In this document: one piece after another, positions 36,965 to 51,625 of the stretch
Layout of the letters: each line of letters begins with the position of its first letter
How positions within the stretch are numbered: position 1 is the first letter of the stretch
Assembly (NCBI GenBank): GCA_964016885.1
Contig: OZ024740.1
Span: 296,732,001-296,796,000, forward strand
Source of the DNA: Eledone cirrhosa
Lineage: Eukaryota
Reading direction: 5' to 3'
DNA length: 64,000 nucleotides
Program-made: the position numbers and the translations under genes
Notes under the pieces: generated by a model
The model's database searches: none
Told to the model about the DNA's origin: nothing
What the model saw: the letters and a program-made list of their open reading frames with translations, nothing else

Positions 36965-37305
36965 TTTTTTTTCTGCTTTTGGCACGGGACCAGCGATTGT
37001 CCCAGCGCATTGTTGGTGCTTTGTTTTGTCGACTCCGTGGGGGTGAGGGGCATGGTTGGCCTCGACGGGATTTGAACTTGGAGCGTAGAGGGCCATAGCT
37101 CTATGCTGTAAAGCAATTATTAAAATAATTGTTCCTACTTTTGGCACAAGGCCAGCAATTACACAGTACATTACTGGTACTTTATTTTATCGACCCCGTA
37201 AGGATGAAAGGCAAAGTTAACCTCGGCGGGATTTGAACTTAGACCATAAAGGGCCGTAACTCTTTGCTGGAAAGTTTGGCGTCCGAACCTCTACCGATAC
37301 TACCA
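36965..37305 (-). mobile_element. Two adjacent tRNA-derived SINE copies
   Basis: Reverse-complement matches GGGATTTGAACT and GGATGAAAGGCAAAG at ~37070 and ~37200-37240. Confidence 0.8.
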
Positions 37306-37899
37306 GTCCAATAATACGGAATTGTAACACTTTCAATTATACGAACTCTTTCGAAAGTCAATAGTTGACATGATCTTGTATCAGTAATGATGGTAATATA
37401 TATATGTGTGTGTGTGTAAGTGAATGGCTTGTGTGTGTTTGTATGCATGAGTGTTGGTGTGTGAGTGAGTGAGTGTGTGTGCGTGTGTGTGTGTGAGTGT
37501 GTGTGTGTATCGTACGTATGAGTGTCAATAAGTGAGTGGTTTTTTGGGGGGGGGTTAATGCGCGGGGACATAGAAATGATCGGGCTGGATACCCGATAGC
37601 GCAGTCAAACCACTGAGAGTGAAGGACCCCTAGCCCTTGTCAGGGCATTCTTCTAGGTGAATGCATCTCAGGAAACTGGGTTAACTCCGACATAAAACCT
37701 GCAGCTCAGTAGTTACCGATGATGTTGATCTTTTCTTCTTTTCGGGTTATAGCTACTGTCGCTCAGAGAATGGGATTGGCTCAGTGCTCAGTCTTTCCTC
37801 ACTTTAAAAATATTTTCACGCACAGGCATTGCACGATAGAATTAATTAATAATTATTAATACTGTTATTATTATTGTTATTATTGTTATGACCATGCTG

Positions 37900-40785
37900 T
37901 AAAATAGAGAGGGCCCATGAGTCCAGTAAGACATCCTTTCTAGTGCTGGTTGTACGAATAAAAGCATCCACTCCATCCTGTAAAGTGGTGCTGGTGTTAG
38001 GAAGGGCATGCAACCAGTATATATACTACTGCCAAAAACTATGAGCACAACAAATGAGAATTGCAACAACTGCGCCAACAGCAATAACACTAACCATGTT
38101 GGGGCTGCACACGGTGGTGGGGTGGCTGGTGCGGCCATGTGCGAGAACCTCCCGACCGTCATCAAGCAATCGCACAACAACAACAACTGTGCAAACAGCA
38201 ATAACACTAACCATGTTAGGGCTGCGCATAGTAGTGGGGTGGCTGGTGAGGCCATGTGCGAGAACCCCCCCGACCGTCATCAATCACACTACAGGAAAAG
38301 GAACAAGAATATGAAGACATCGCATCTCAGAGTGGCAACACTTAATGTTTGTACTCTCACAGGTAGATCTGGTAAAATAGTGGAGATGCTGGAGAGAAGG
38401 CATGTGGATGTGTGCTGCGTGCAAGAGGTGAGATGGAGAGGTTCCTCTGTGAGACTAATCGCAGGCAAACATCTTAGTTATAAGCTTTTCTGGGTGGGTA
38501 ATGATGGTGGGTTAGGGGGAGTAGGCATTTTCCTGGCTGAGAGATGGATCGATAAGACAATAGAGGTAGTTCGAGTTAGTAATAGAATAAATAAGCTTAG
38601 ATTAGTTGTAGGCAAGAGTTTACTGACAATCATCTCTGCCTATGCTCCCCAGACAGGCCTAGGTAAAGAAGAGAAAGACTGCTTTTACGAGCAACTTTTA
38701 CAAACAGCCGCAATGACTGAGGACGGAGACATCGTTATGCTAGCAGGAGACTTCAATGGTCATGTTGGACAACTCCAGGATGATTACACTGGAGTACATG
38801 GTGGGCACGGTTACGGCTCAAGAAATGAAGGAGTGAGACTTCTTGAATTTTGTGATGCAACTACACTAACCATTTGCAACACCTGCCAACCACCTAATAA
38901 CCTACAAATTAGCCGAGCACATAAGCCACATTGACTTCTTGCTAGTTAGGCAGTGGGACAGGCAGATGGTGTCAAATATCAAGACATACCCCGGGGAAGA
39001 ATGTACCCCACAGCATAGGTTAGTCGTTAGTTATATCTCAGTAAGCAAAAGACGGAATGAGACATACAGGAAGGTGTGGAGAAGAAAGGTTTGGAAACTA
39101 AAAGATCTTTCACTAAAATACAAATTTAGGAAAGCCCTTCAAGATGTGTATGATGAAAAAGAAGACGATTTAGAGTTGTATGACATAGATGATAACTGGA
39201 ATTTCTTATGTGACAACTTACTGCAGTCTACTGAAGAAACTTGTGGCTGGAGCAGAGCTCCAACCAGTCAGAAAGTGACCTGGTGGTGGAACAGCACGGT
39301 AGATAGGGCCATTAGAGACAAAAGACTAGCATGAATGCTTGGAAAAATGGTGAGAGTAGAGAAAGATATACAGCCGCTAAGAGCGAAGCTAGACGTCAGG
39401 TGTACTTAGCACGCAGGGAGGCTGAGAGTAGGAGGTTTTCCAATGTTCTGCGACGGGAAGATCAGAGATGTGTGGTGTTCTGCATTTCAAGGCAGTGTGT
39501 CAGTGCAAATCAGGATGTTGTTGGAGATAAATGTGTCCGGAATGATGCCGGTGTACTTAGTGTCACAAATGATCAGAAAAAGGAGGCCTGGAAATGTCAT
39601 TATGAGAGACTGATGAATGTAGAGAACGAATGGGAGAGAGAGAAATTACCCTCAGTAGATCCAACAGAGGGACCAGATATTGAGATTGACGAATATAGGG
39701 TCCAAGAGGCGATTAAGGAAATGAAGAATGGTAAGGCCACTGGATCGTCGGGGATAGTTGCTGAGATGCTGAAGGCATCAGTGGACGTAGGCACTAAACT
39801 GGTTGCACGCATCATCAATCAGGCTATTTATGGTGGTGTCATACCCAATGACTGGTACAGCAGTATTCTCATAAATTGCTACAAAGGTAAAGGGGATGCT
39901 CTGGAGAGGACAAATTATAGGGGCATAAAACTGATGGATCAGGTTATGAAAGTGGGAGAAAGGATATTAGCGCAACTACTTAGAGAAAGAGTCAAACTAG
40001 ATGATATGCAGTTTGCTTTTGTGCCTGGGAAAAGTACAACAGATGCCCTCTTCTTAGTGAGACAATTACAAGAGTTCTTAGAGAAGAATAAGCCACTATA
40101 CTTAGCTTTTGTTGACCTAGAGAAGGCCTTTCATAGGGTACCCTGATCTGTCATCTGCTGGTCCCTAAAGAAACTAGGTGTTGAGGAAGGCTTGTGAGGA
40201 GAATGCAAGCTTTGTACAAAGGTGCTGCAGTAAAGTGAGGGTAGGAATAGAGTTTAGTAACGAATTCCAGAAAGAAGTAGGAGTACATCAAGGTTCGGTC
40301 CTCAGCCCGCTCTTGTTCATTATAGTCCTCCAAGCCATAACAGAGGAGTTTAAGACTGGCTGTCCATGGAAACTTCTCTATGCTGACGATCTGGTACTTA
40401 TAACAGAATCATTAGAGAAGCTAGAGAATAAATTCTGGCTATGGAAACAGCAGTTGGAATCAAGAGGCCTGAGAGTGAACATAGCTAAAACAAAAGTGCT
40501 GATAAGTAGAAAAGAGTACAAAACTCTGATTCCGTCAGGGAAATGGCTATGTTCGATATGCAGAAAAGGAACTGGTATAATGTAGTGGGATAGTGAAAGA
40601 AGACATAGTAGAGGAAGACCACAAAAAACATGGGTGGAGGTGGTGATCGTAGACCTAAGATCACTGAAGCTCACGGTGGAGATGACGAAGGACGGTGACA
40701 AGTGGAGGGATGCTGTGCTGAATAGAACCTGTCCCACCCTTGCAAGCAGGGAAAAGCGGACGTAAAATGATGATGATGATGATGA
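37900..40785 (+). mobile_element. RTE-clade LINE (APE endonuclease plus RT), frameshifted, with 3' internal deletion
   Basis: LNV.TL, QEVRW, SAYAPQ, GDFNGHVG, QHRLVV, NYRGIKL, FVDLEKAF, GVHQGSVLSPLLF and LYADDLV motifs; (TGA)n tail. Confidence 0.95.
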
Positions 40786-40809
40786 TATATATATATATGT
40801 GTGTGTGTA

Positions 40810-42262
40810 TGTCATCATCATTATCATCATCATCACCGTTTTACATCCGTTCTTCCACGCTAGCATGGGTTAGATGGGTTGTCCTGTTGTGGGCAGTGTC
40901 CGGTTGGCTGACCTTGTCTTGCTCATACGGGAACTGACTCTGGCTTGATTTCTACAGCTGGATGCCCTTCCTAACACCAACCTCATTTACAGTGAGTGGT
41001 GGGACTTTTTTTCCGTGGCACCTACACGTCCACTTTACAGTGTGGGCTGGGTGCTTTTTTGCCGTGGCACCTCCACAACCACTTTGCCATGGGAGGGTGT
41101 GGCAGCATATAGTCTATATGCTTCAGCTTCGGCTTGTACCCGTGGGGGGGGGCGGGTCTTCTGTATTACTGCGTGACGCCAAAGGTCACGGTCGTGCGTC
41201 ATCGCCTTTGAGAGGTGTAATTGGGTAAGGTCGGCTTTTATCACCTCATCCCAGGTCTTCTTGGGCCTCTCCACTCCACGGTTTCCATCGACTTCTAGTG
41301 CTCTGCACCTTTTTATGCAGATTTCATCCTTCATACGCATCACATGTCCATACCAACACAACCGCCTCTCCTGCACACAGCATTTTATTCCTCTTATGCT
41401 CAGTCTCTCTCTCAATTCATTGATGCTTTGCCGTTCGCGTATATTACTATTACACATCCATCGGAGCATGCAGGCTTCGTTTCTTTCTAATCTACGCAAG
41501 TCTTCCACCGTCAGCGCCCAGGTCTCACTACCATGTAGCATTGCTGTTCGTATACACGCATCATACAGACTGCCTTTCATTTTGAGGGAAAAGCCTTTTG
41601 CAGCTAGCAGTGGCAATAGCTCCCTGAGCTTCTTCCATCCCGTTCTTACCCTAGTTATTGTACTTTCCGAACACCCACTCCGCTGCTAATTCGGTCACCT
41701 AGGTAGTAGAAGCTGTCTACTGTTTCTACAGAGCCATCCCAGAGATTGGTGGTACTTGTTTCCTGTGGCTGTTTGCTGCTTGCTGTCTCGGCACAGCTGC
41801 TACATGTGAAGCATACATTCTTAGTTAAGCTTCCTGAGATCCCGCTACATCTCTTGTGTACCCATTGTTTGCATTTGGGGCAGAGAATGGAGTTCCTACC
41901 TACACCTTTCCTACATACTGAGCAAGGCCATTTCCCTGAGGGGATCTGGGTTCTGTTTTCTCGTCTACTTACAAGGACCTTAGTCTTTGTCAGGTTGACT
42001 TTGATACCCTTTCTAGTCCCTGCTTCCAAGTTTGGAATTTCTTCTCTAGTTCTACCATAGATTCAGCTATAAGTGCGAGGTCATCAGCATACAGGAGTTC
42101 CCATGGGCATCCGGTCTTAAACTCCTCCGTTTTTGCCTGCAGGACTATGATGAACAGGAGAGGACTAAGAACAGAGCCCTGGTGGACACCAACTTGTACG
42201 CTAAATTCCTCGCTATACTCATTGCTAATCCTAACTTTGCTGACTGCTCCCCTATACATGGC
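40810..42262 (-). mobile_element. RTE-clade LINE, 5'-truncated, tail-to-tail with the previous copy
   Basis: GVHQGSVLSPLLF, WELLYADDL, Cys-rich insert WPCSVC..CPKC..WVHKRC, HGSETW and WYGHVMR motifs; (TGA)n tail. Confidence 0.95.
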
Positions 42263-43399
42263 TTATATATCTATATCTATATATATATACATATATGTAT
42301 ATATATATGTATGTGTGTATATATATATATGTATTTATATATATATGATAATGGTATGGTTCTGAACATCAGAGCAAGAATTATCAGTTTAACATCTCTC
42401 CAAGAATTGTTAGTTCTTGTCAGTTTTTATATCTATTTTTTTATGTTAGCGTGAGTGGGATATTTTTACGTATGTTTAGGAAGGGGACTTGTATGCTGTT
42501 GAAATAATTGTTTTTAAAGTTTGATGTCCTTACTTTTACTCAGTTCCACAGAGCTGATATTCAACTACGTGGAATGGTAATCTTTTTTGACCAGTAGCAC
42601 AAGAAAATCACTGTAATTAAATGTGAACATATGACCATTGTCTCAGTAAGACTACAACCTTAATGTCACAACAGTTAATATACCGTGGTTGATTTTATTG
42701 ATTTTTGACTGGTACTGGCTTGGTCTGTGATGACCCATCCAACCCTTGTTAGCAGGGATAAACAGGCCTTAAATGATGATGATGATGGTGGTGGTGATGG
42801 TGTTGACGGTGGCGGTGGTCGTGGTGGTAGAGGTGGTGGTGATTTTTGCCTAATTAAATGAAAAAGAAGTGTAAAGCTGAAGCTAACCAAGGTAAAAATT
42901 CAATTAATAGCCAACATTTTTCATAGCTGAGTCAGAGTGGAGAATTGTCCTGACCTTTGTAGAGCCTCTGGTAGTGGTGAGAGTAATATATGTAAATCAA
43001 TGTAGGGTGGGGTAAATCCCAGGGGAGTTAACATTCTGGAGTGGAAGGGCTGTGTCTAGGGGTGAGCATTAAATCCTGACATCTGAGGAAAGATTGTGTC
43101 TAGAGGTTAGCTGAGGCACAGTAGGGATGATAAAAGGAGGAGAGAGAAGTGTTTCAAGTGTAATTGAGTGTTTTGTTGAAAGTAAAATATAACTATCTAG
43201 TTGAGAGGTGCAGATGCCATTGTAGTAGTGGTAGAATATGTAAAGAGAGAAGACAATATATCTGTTGGTCAAATGTTGTAGTGTGCTGGTGAGGAAGTCT
43301 TCGCTAATCAAACTTCCTTTTAAATATCTGAGGTGTTTTTATTCCTAATAACAGTCGTACCATCCCAGATATGTACTACTTCATATTTGTGGTACCAGA

Positions 43400-43570
43400 T
43401 CATTAGCCAAGTCAAGGTCTGTGAGCCTTTCCTGTCCCAAAAGGGGCCATATATTAGGATCCCCCATGGACTTCCTCGATGAAATCCATCACCAACAGGA
43501 AGACAAAAAGGGGGACAATACATATTCCTGACATGTTCCTGTGACAACATTTAAACTCTCCATATTTCCG
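43400..43570 (-). mobile_element. Small degenerate RTE RT fragment
   Basis: Frameshifted NVVTG..Q..VLSP.LFLLVMDFI. Confidence 0.4.
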
Positions 43571-43899
43571 TATTTGGTTCCAATGTATCAGTGTGAACTC
43601 CTGTAAAGTGATGTATTGGTGTAATTATACTATCTCTTATGACAGTAAATATATCTATCCAATCTAAATATTAAATTAAATTGCAACTGCAAAACCACAT
43701 TTTTAATATAAGGGATTTATTCCACACTGTCATCCTAGAATTGAGACTATGGAATAGCCAAGAATTGATAGACAAAACTGTTTTAATTGAAAGTCAATAA
43801 TGATTCAAATCTCATCAGAAGTTCTATATTTTCATCTTAAGCTGCTACAATTTTATTCCAACCCCCTAATGATTTATTTATACACTCATATTTTCCCAT

Positions 43900-46800
43900 C
43901 AAGTATAGCCCCTATAGTTTCCTTCTTACTCGATTTAGTTTTATTGTTACCCCCTATAGTTTCATTATTATACACTATAATTTAATTTGCAAGCCCTATA
44001 ATTTCATATTCAAAAAGTATAATTTTAGTTCCAGTCCCTACACTTCCATTCTCAGACCTTATAATTTAAATATAAACCCCCGTACATTCCTTCTTACACC
44101 CTATAGTTTTACTTCTAATTCCTATATTTTTATTTTCAGCCTCTATAATTTCATTCTGAACCCCTATGTGTGTCATCCACTATAATATGATTTTCAACAC
44201 TAATATATTAAACCCCTTTAGTTTCATTCCCATCTCCTATAGTTTCATTTTCAACCTAATATACAGTTTCATCCCTCGCCATATATTTTCATTTTTATCG
44301 TATACAGATTCATTTATAGAGCTTATATTTAAAAAATAATAATAATGAAATTATTGTGTAAAGTGCTCAGGTGCACTACAATTCGTCAAAGGTGCATAGT
44401 ACATAGAATAATATACAAATGTCAGGGAAGTTAATAGTGTATGAGTCATGATATACATGTGTGTATGTGTAAGGAGGGGGAATATTAGGTGTAGTGTTGG
44501 CGAATTTCAGGAAGCATGGACGTTTTAAAGGATGCAGTGTTTCAACAGCTAACAACTGATGCAGGTAGTTTGTTCCATGCTTCAGCAACTCTGAGCATGA
44601 AAAAATGTTTCCGAAAGTCATGGGAGCTGTGCTGTTTTCTGACTTTGTGGGATGCCCACGTGTGTTAGACACATGGAAATCAAAAAGGTACTCAGGGTTG
44701 TTGTTAGCAAGATGGTTAATAATTTTGTGGGTGTTTACCAAGTTCCGTTGCCAGACGTCGGAGCTTCAATGTATCCATGCCCAGGGAAGCAAGGCGTTCA
44801 GAGTATGGTAGATGCCTGATGGAGGGTATTCACTTGGTTGCACATCTCTGAACAGTTTCCAGGCGGTCAATGTTCTGAGCAAGATAGGGGTTCCAGACTG
44901 GTGATGCAGATTCTAAGTGTGGCTGCACCATAGCTATGTACAGCTTTAAATAGATAGCTGGAGAGCGGCTGACAAAGGTCGTGCTGAGTGATGCTAAGAC
45001 ACCCTGGGCCTTCTTGACAATTTTAGAGATGTGCTTCGTCCAACGCAAATCGTGCTGACACTAATGCCCAGGTCACGTTCACAAGAAGACTTCTTGATAT
45101 TAGTGTTGTGGAGGGAGTATGTGGACGCTGGGTTTTTACTCCCAAAATGCATGGTGGTGCACTTGTCCACAGCTAGCTGGAGTTGCCAGTCTGTGATCTG
45201 TTGTTGCATTGTATCCAGGTCAGATTTTACAGGCAAGATCTATAGTGTTCAGGATCTGTCCTTTTTATCTCAAGGTACAGCTTGATGTCATCTGCATATT
45301 TCAGTACTGTGGCATTCTTTAAGTTGGCATCTATGTCATTGATATATGCCACAAACAAAAGGGGGCCAAGAACAGATCCTTGTGGTACACCAGATGACAT
45401 CTCATATGGTAAGGAATGCTGTCCTAGAACCGTGACTACCTCTCTTCGACTGAGAATGAAGGACTTCAACCAGTTAAAAAGATCATCCTTCACACCCATT
45501 GCAGAGAGTTTTGCCATAAGTCTTTTGTGTGGCACAGAATTGAAAGCTTTAGCAAAGTCAAGGTAAACAACATCCACCCATGAGTCGCCATCAGTGATCC
45601 GGGTGATGTCTTCAAGAAACTCGATGAGTTGATCACAGCAGCTGCAGTTAGGGATAAATCCAAATTGCGGGGCTCGGATAAGACTGTGAGAGCTCCAGAA
45701 GTTCCAAAGTGTTTCTCTGACACAGGACTCCATCAGTTTGGCAATGCAGCTAGTAAGACTGACTGGACGATAGTTCACAGGTGATGTGCGGTCACCCTTT
45801 TTGAACAGAGGAATGACACTGTTCTGGAGTAGCACCATTGTTCAGACAGAATTGGAAGAAGCGTGATAGCTGGTGCAGAAGGAAGTACCCACAACGTTTG
45901 AGAAGCAAGTACGTAACACCATCAAGATCAGGAGAGGCATGGCTGCGTTTATTTTTAAGGTGACGTCGCAGCATTGCAGGTGTAAATTCCATAGTTGTAA
46001 TAGAATCCGGTGTCATAGGTGGTGGAGAGGAGACGGTAGACTCTGGTCTTCAATAGGGAAAATGCCTGCTTAGCATTCAGCAATGAGCTCTGCGCATTCC
46101 TTGGGGTCGTCAGTAACCTGGCTTGTGTGGGGATTGCGAAGAGGACCAACTGGAGAGTGAGGCCTCTGCTTTGAGTGAACATGCTTCCAGAACACCTTAC
46201 TGTCAGTAAGCTATGCGTTGCTCAAATTGAAGCACTGTCTTTTTTGTCACCTGTTTGAGATGGTTGGATGATTTATTTTGCCTCTTCCTATTGATATCTG
46301 ATTTAAGCAGTTTGTACTCACGTTCAGCATTACGACGTTCTTTTCTGGCAAGACGGACTGATGCAGTCTCCCAAATTGCACTTTGGGGATGTTTTTTCTG
46401 CTTACGTGGCACTGATGCTGCACATGCTGTCCATATTGACCTCAGGATGTTCTGGAGTACAGTGTTGACATCTCCAGAGTCATAGAACTCAAGCTAGTTT
46501 GGACGTTGCAATTCAGTGCAGTAACAGTTACAGTCTGCTTTATTCCAGTCAAAGTGAGCAGTTTGGAGATGGTTGTGGTTTTTGTTACTGCCTATGAGGG
46601 ATAGATTGGCAATGATCATAGCATGATCAGAGTCAGCTAAAGGTTCCTCAGTAGTAACACTAATAACCGTTTCAGGAGTAGTGGTGAAGAGTAGGTTCAA
46701 AGTGTTGTCACCTCTTGTTGGGGAGGTGACTACTTGGGACCAATTCGAGTCCAGCACTAGCTCAAGGAAGTCATTTTCATAACAAACCCCCAATAATTTC

Positions 46801-47400
46801 AACCTCAGGCTATATTGTTTCATATTTTCACATATAGTTTCATTGTAAGCCCCTAGTATTTTATTCCAACTGCCTACAGATTCTTTCTTTACCATATAAT
46901 TTCATTCTCTTCCTGTATAGTTTCATCCTTGCCTCTAACATTTCATCTCAGCCCCTATAGTTTCATTCCTAGCCAGTGCAGTTTTATATATATCCCCTAT
47001 AATTTCATCCTACGCCTAAAACATATATATGTATATATTAATCACCCATATTTTCCTTCCTATCTCCTACACATTAATTTCAAGTCCACTATCAGTAGAG
47101 AGTTGGACACAATGCTTTTCAGCATAGTTACGGCCTTATATGATATGAGTTCAAATCCCGTCGAGGTTAACTTTGCCTTTCATCCTTAAGGGGTTGATAA
47201 AATAAAGTACCAGTAATGGACTGGGCAATTGCTGGCCTTGTGCCAAAAGTAGAAACAATTAATATGAAGTCCACTATAATTTCATTCACAGCCACTACAG
47301 ATTCATTTTCACCACCTATAATTTCATTCTCAGCCCCATATTTTCATTGTCATCCTCTATACTATCGTTCCATTCCCAGTCCCTATAATTTCATGTCCAC
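43900..47400. repeat. Degenerate ~24-bp minisatellite (CCCCTATAGTTTCATT..) interrupted by CR1 and a SINE
   Basis: Motif recurs at 43900-44330, 46790-47090 and 47270-47400. The SINE at ~47092-47262 is flanked by AAGTCCACTAT. Confidence 0.7.
44337..46790 (-). mobile_element. CR1-like LINE (end of APE plus RT), degenerate
   Basis: PTRGDNTLNLLFT, SDH, NYRPVSLTS, DFAKAFNSVPH, SGVPQGSVLGPLLF, KYADD, ERDLGI and TRGH motifs; (ATT)n tail. Confidence 0.93.
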
Positions 47401-47829
47401 CCTTGTGCCAAAAGTAGAAACAATGAATATTATGATTATAAATAGTACTAGGAGTGTATGCCGACGTTGCACGGGTAAGAACATTGGTAATAGCACCTCC
47501 AATGAGAAACCTTTATTTGTGAGTGCCTGTTAAAAACTCATGAAAATATACCGACACGAAAGTTGTTTTATTTGGAGAAAATTAAGAAGTTGAAAGTACA
47601 AGTTAGCTGTCTACGTGCATTGTTCATAGCAATATTCTTGAGCCCCTTCTTTTCATACTCCTCTGTTTTGGCCTTTTGGAGTAAATGTGAAAGAGAAAGT
47701 CACAGGTTAAGTTGGCAGAAGGTTCCAGTGCAATAGCAGTAAGGCGTAGGCTACTTACCTCAACAGTTCATTCGCACTCTTTCCACTAAGTTACTCTTTC
47801 TCTCTATCCCTCTCGATGCAGTCCCTTGC

Positions 47830-47901
<72 letters not shown>

Positions 47902-50665
47902 TAACGAGATTCGTATTTCGGATTAGGAATTAACGAAAAACAACTTCTGAGATGTGTAGCAAGCGCTCAATGATTCAGATGAACCAGAGCTACAACATAC
48001 GTTAAAGGCCAAACACACTGAGACGATGGTTAAACAATCATCCTCACTGCCGTAAAAACGACCAAGTAATTCGGGTCAAACCAATAAAAATATATGTGAT
48101 TGAAAATTTACCCAGACCCCTGGATGATTGGTAAAATCCAGCATTTGGGTTTCTGCGACTTCTAAATCAAGTACTGTCCGCTTACAGAAATAATGTTAGG
48201 CTTCTGGTAAGATGTTTGAACAAGGAAGCCACTTTTTCAACATGTATTAGTTCGAGTGCTAATTTAAGGAATGACCGTTACCGACGCCTCGTGGGGCTCG
48301 GCAAGGGAGGCAATCCTTATTTTAGGCGGATGAATTCAGTATGTGTATAAAATTGCAAGAATGCAAAACATCACATATATGTGTGTGTGTGTAAGTGAGT
48401 AGCGTGTGTGTGTTTGTTTGTATGTATGTATGAGTGTTGGTGTCTGCGCGCGTATGTATGTGTGTGTGTGCGCGTGTGTATATATCGTAGGTATAAGTGT
48501 CAATAAGTGAGTTTTTTTGTTTTTTTATGCGCGGGGACAGAAATAATCGGACTGGATGCCCGATCGCGCAGTTAAACCACTGGGAGTGAGGAACCCCTAG
48601 CCCTTGTCAGGGCATTCTTCTAGGAGAAGGCATCTCAGGAAACTGGGTTAATTCCGACATAAAACCTGCGGCTCAATAGTTACCGATGATGTTGATCTTT
48701 TCTTCTTTTCGGGTTATAGCTACTGTCGCTCAGGGAGTGGGTTTGGCTCAGTGCACAGTCTTTCCTCACTTTAAAAATATTCGTCACGCACAGGCATTGC
48801 ACGATTGCATTAATTAATAATTGTTAATAGTGTATTACTGGTCTCCTTGACGGAGCTGCAGTCCTGGGTCAGAAAAAGACCGAGGGATAGCGCTTGGAAA
48901 CTGGAATATCTTCAGGCGCTCACTGCCCTTTGCCAGCTGGGCACCAGTATCGGTGGAACATCCACCTCGGCGTTCTATAGAGGACTAGTGGAGGGGAAGA
49001 GCGACGACGTTCTCGGAGAGATCCTGGGCGTCGAAGAAGATCAGCTGTTTGCTCTCTTCCGGAAACATTTCAGCCCAGGGCCTATGGATAACTTCCAAAA
49101 ATCCCTGGCCTGTCAATGCTACCGGGGAGCGCTGCCAGTTCTTTTTTTCTCTTTATTTATAACTAGCAGTGTATCCCGGTATTGCATGGATAACAGCACC
49201 TCCAATGAGAAACCTTTATTTGTGAGTGCCTGTTAAAAACTAACGAAAATATACTGATAGGAAAGTTGTTTTATTTGGAGACAATTAAGAAGTTGAAAGT
49301 ACAAGTTAGCTGTCTACGTGCATTGTTCATAGCAATATTCTTGAGCCCCTTCTTTTCATACTCCTCTGTTTTGGCCTTTTGGAGTAAATGTGAAAGAGAA
49401 ATTCACAGGTTAAGTTGGCAGAAGATTCCAGTGTCATAGCAGTAAGGCGTAGGCTACTTACCTCAAAAGTTCATTCGCACTCTTTCCACTAAGTTACTCT
49501 TTCTCTCTATCCCTCTCGATGCAGTCCCTTGCGAATTTCTCACGTAGGTCTGGTGTAGATTTGCACCCAATCCATCTACCCGATGCACATGTCCGCTTTG
49601 TATGGCTTTTGGAGGAAGGAGTGACCAGCAGTACGTTGTTCGGTATTATTACGAAAAGGTGTAGCAGAGAATCACGTGTGAACTAACAGCACGGGGGGAA
49701 ACTGCTTACCTCGAAGATTCATCCGCCATCGTTCTTGTCAATTCTCCGTTTAGTTGGTATTTGTTGGTCTACAGTTAAATGAATGGCGCACAAAGGGTCA
49801 ATGTTTATTGGCAAGAAGTTTTTTTAATAATTGTTTCTACTTTAGGCACAAGGCGAGCAATTAACCAGTACATTACTGGTACTTTATTTCATCGACGCCG
49901 TAAGGATGAAAGGCAAAGTTAACCTCGGCGGGATTTGAACTCAGACTGTAAAGGGACGTAACTATGCTAGAAAGCATTGCGTCCAACCCTCTACCGATAC
50001 TGTAATAAAAGACGGGTTAAAGCGATCAATAACGTATCTGTGTATATATATATACAGAGATACATATATATATATATATGTGTGTGTATGTATGCATATA
50101 TATATGTTTGTGTGTCTGTATGTATGTATGTGTATGTGTATGTATGTATGTATGTGGATAAGGGAGCTTATAGATAGGACAACACACGCTGTCTTTTCGT
50201 GGGTTAAGTTTTTAACTAATTTTTGTATTTTGAAACATCAAAATACAACAATTTTTTGGTCACTGGACTCGGGAATGTCATGACAGAAGTTTGTGGAAGT
50301 TACACAAATATTTTCGTATATTTTACCAGGGCAATCCTTATTTATATTTTACATTTTACATTTACTTACATCTCAATATAACATGGCTAAAAAAATTCAA
50401 ATTTTGCAAAGAGAAGAAAACTGAACTACATGCATCTCACTGCCCCCCCCCCCCATCGCCACCACTATTACGTGTACACTCTCTCCCTACCACCACATTT
50501 ACATTTACACACCCTATCTAGACTAAAGTTACCGACCTGTTGTCCAACACTCTACTCTGTGTTGAATGTGTGTGTGTATATATATATATATATAAAATAT
50601 TAAAAAAATATAAAAAAAATAATGAATAAAGCAATGAAACAGTTCCTTATATTAAACAAAAAAAG

Positions 50666-50822
50666 TTCATTATTTAACGATCGTTTCTAGGATATATATG
50701 TGTGTTAGAATTGGCATGCATATTCAACAGATCTATGTACAAAATTATACAAAATTATACAAACTATCAAAATTAAATATACATACCAAACACATATATA
50801 TGCCGTCTTCAGAAATAATGAA
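50666..50822 (-). ncRNA. Type I hammerhead motif with 118-nt stem-II domain (inverted copy)
   Basis: Reverse complement of 56283-56439. Confidence 0.65.
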
Positions 50823-51625
50823 ATATATTTATTGATAATAACAACAATTCAAAATTACAGGTCTGTTTGGGAACAGAGTTCAAATTGACCAATGAAAATA
50901 CAAAAAGTTTATACAGTTAGGTGTGTGTATATATGCATATAAGTATCTTCGTTCACAGATATGCATAAAGATATATGTTCACTTGCATACGCTTGCCAAA
51001 AAGATGTATGTAAATACAAAAATTCAAGGCTAATGTCTCTGTATGTTTATAATCTACAGATAAAATACGTACACACATATATAAATATAAAATAAATATA
51101 TACACACATTCATATACTCACACATATACGTACATTCACACACACACGCGCGTATACGCATACACATACACACAACCATAAAGGTGGTTTATATCGTGAT
51201 GACTGTCTTCTTCTTTCCAACAACCTTAGCCTTTCAGAAATAGAAAAAAACAAAAAGCATATTAGAACTTTCTTTAAAGACTATTATAGTCTTTATATTA
51301 CTTTTGAAAAACAAGTAAAGTAGTAAATTTCCTAGATATAACTTTAGAGTTAGCTACGGGTATCTACCAACCTTACCATAAACCCAACCAAAACTTACAC
51401 TACATACACTCACAATCTAATCACCCTAAATCTATCCTTAAAAACCTTGCATATAATATATCACTTAGAATTTCTAACCTTTCTTCTAACCAAGATGTAT
51501 TTGATAAAAATGCGACCTTCTATAACGAAGCTCTAGATAGAAGTGGCCACAAAAATAGATTAGAATATATACCTTCTACTAAAAATACTATAAACATACA
51601 ACCTAATATTACCAACAAACACCAA

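Noticed and set aside
42900-43320. Possible degenerate Penelope linker on the minus strand
   Set aside because: Only a vague PP...Y...NL resemblance across frameshifts.
48847-49236. Triplicated 129-aa ORF as a novel gene family
   Set aside because: Chimera of an internal Tx1 ORF2 fragment reading into the reverse-complement Helitron end; non-ATG start.
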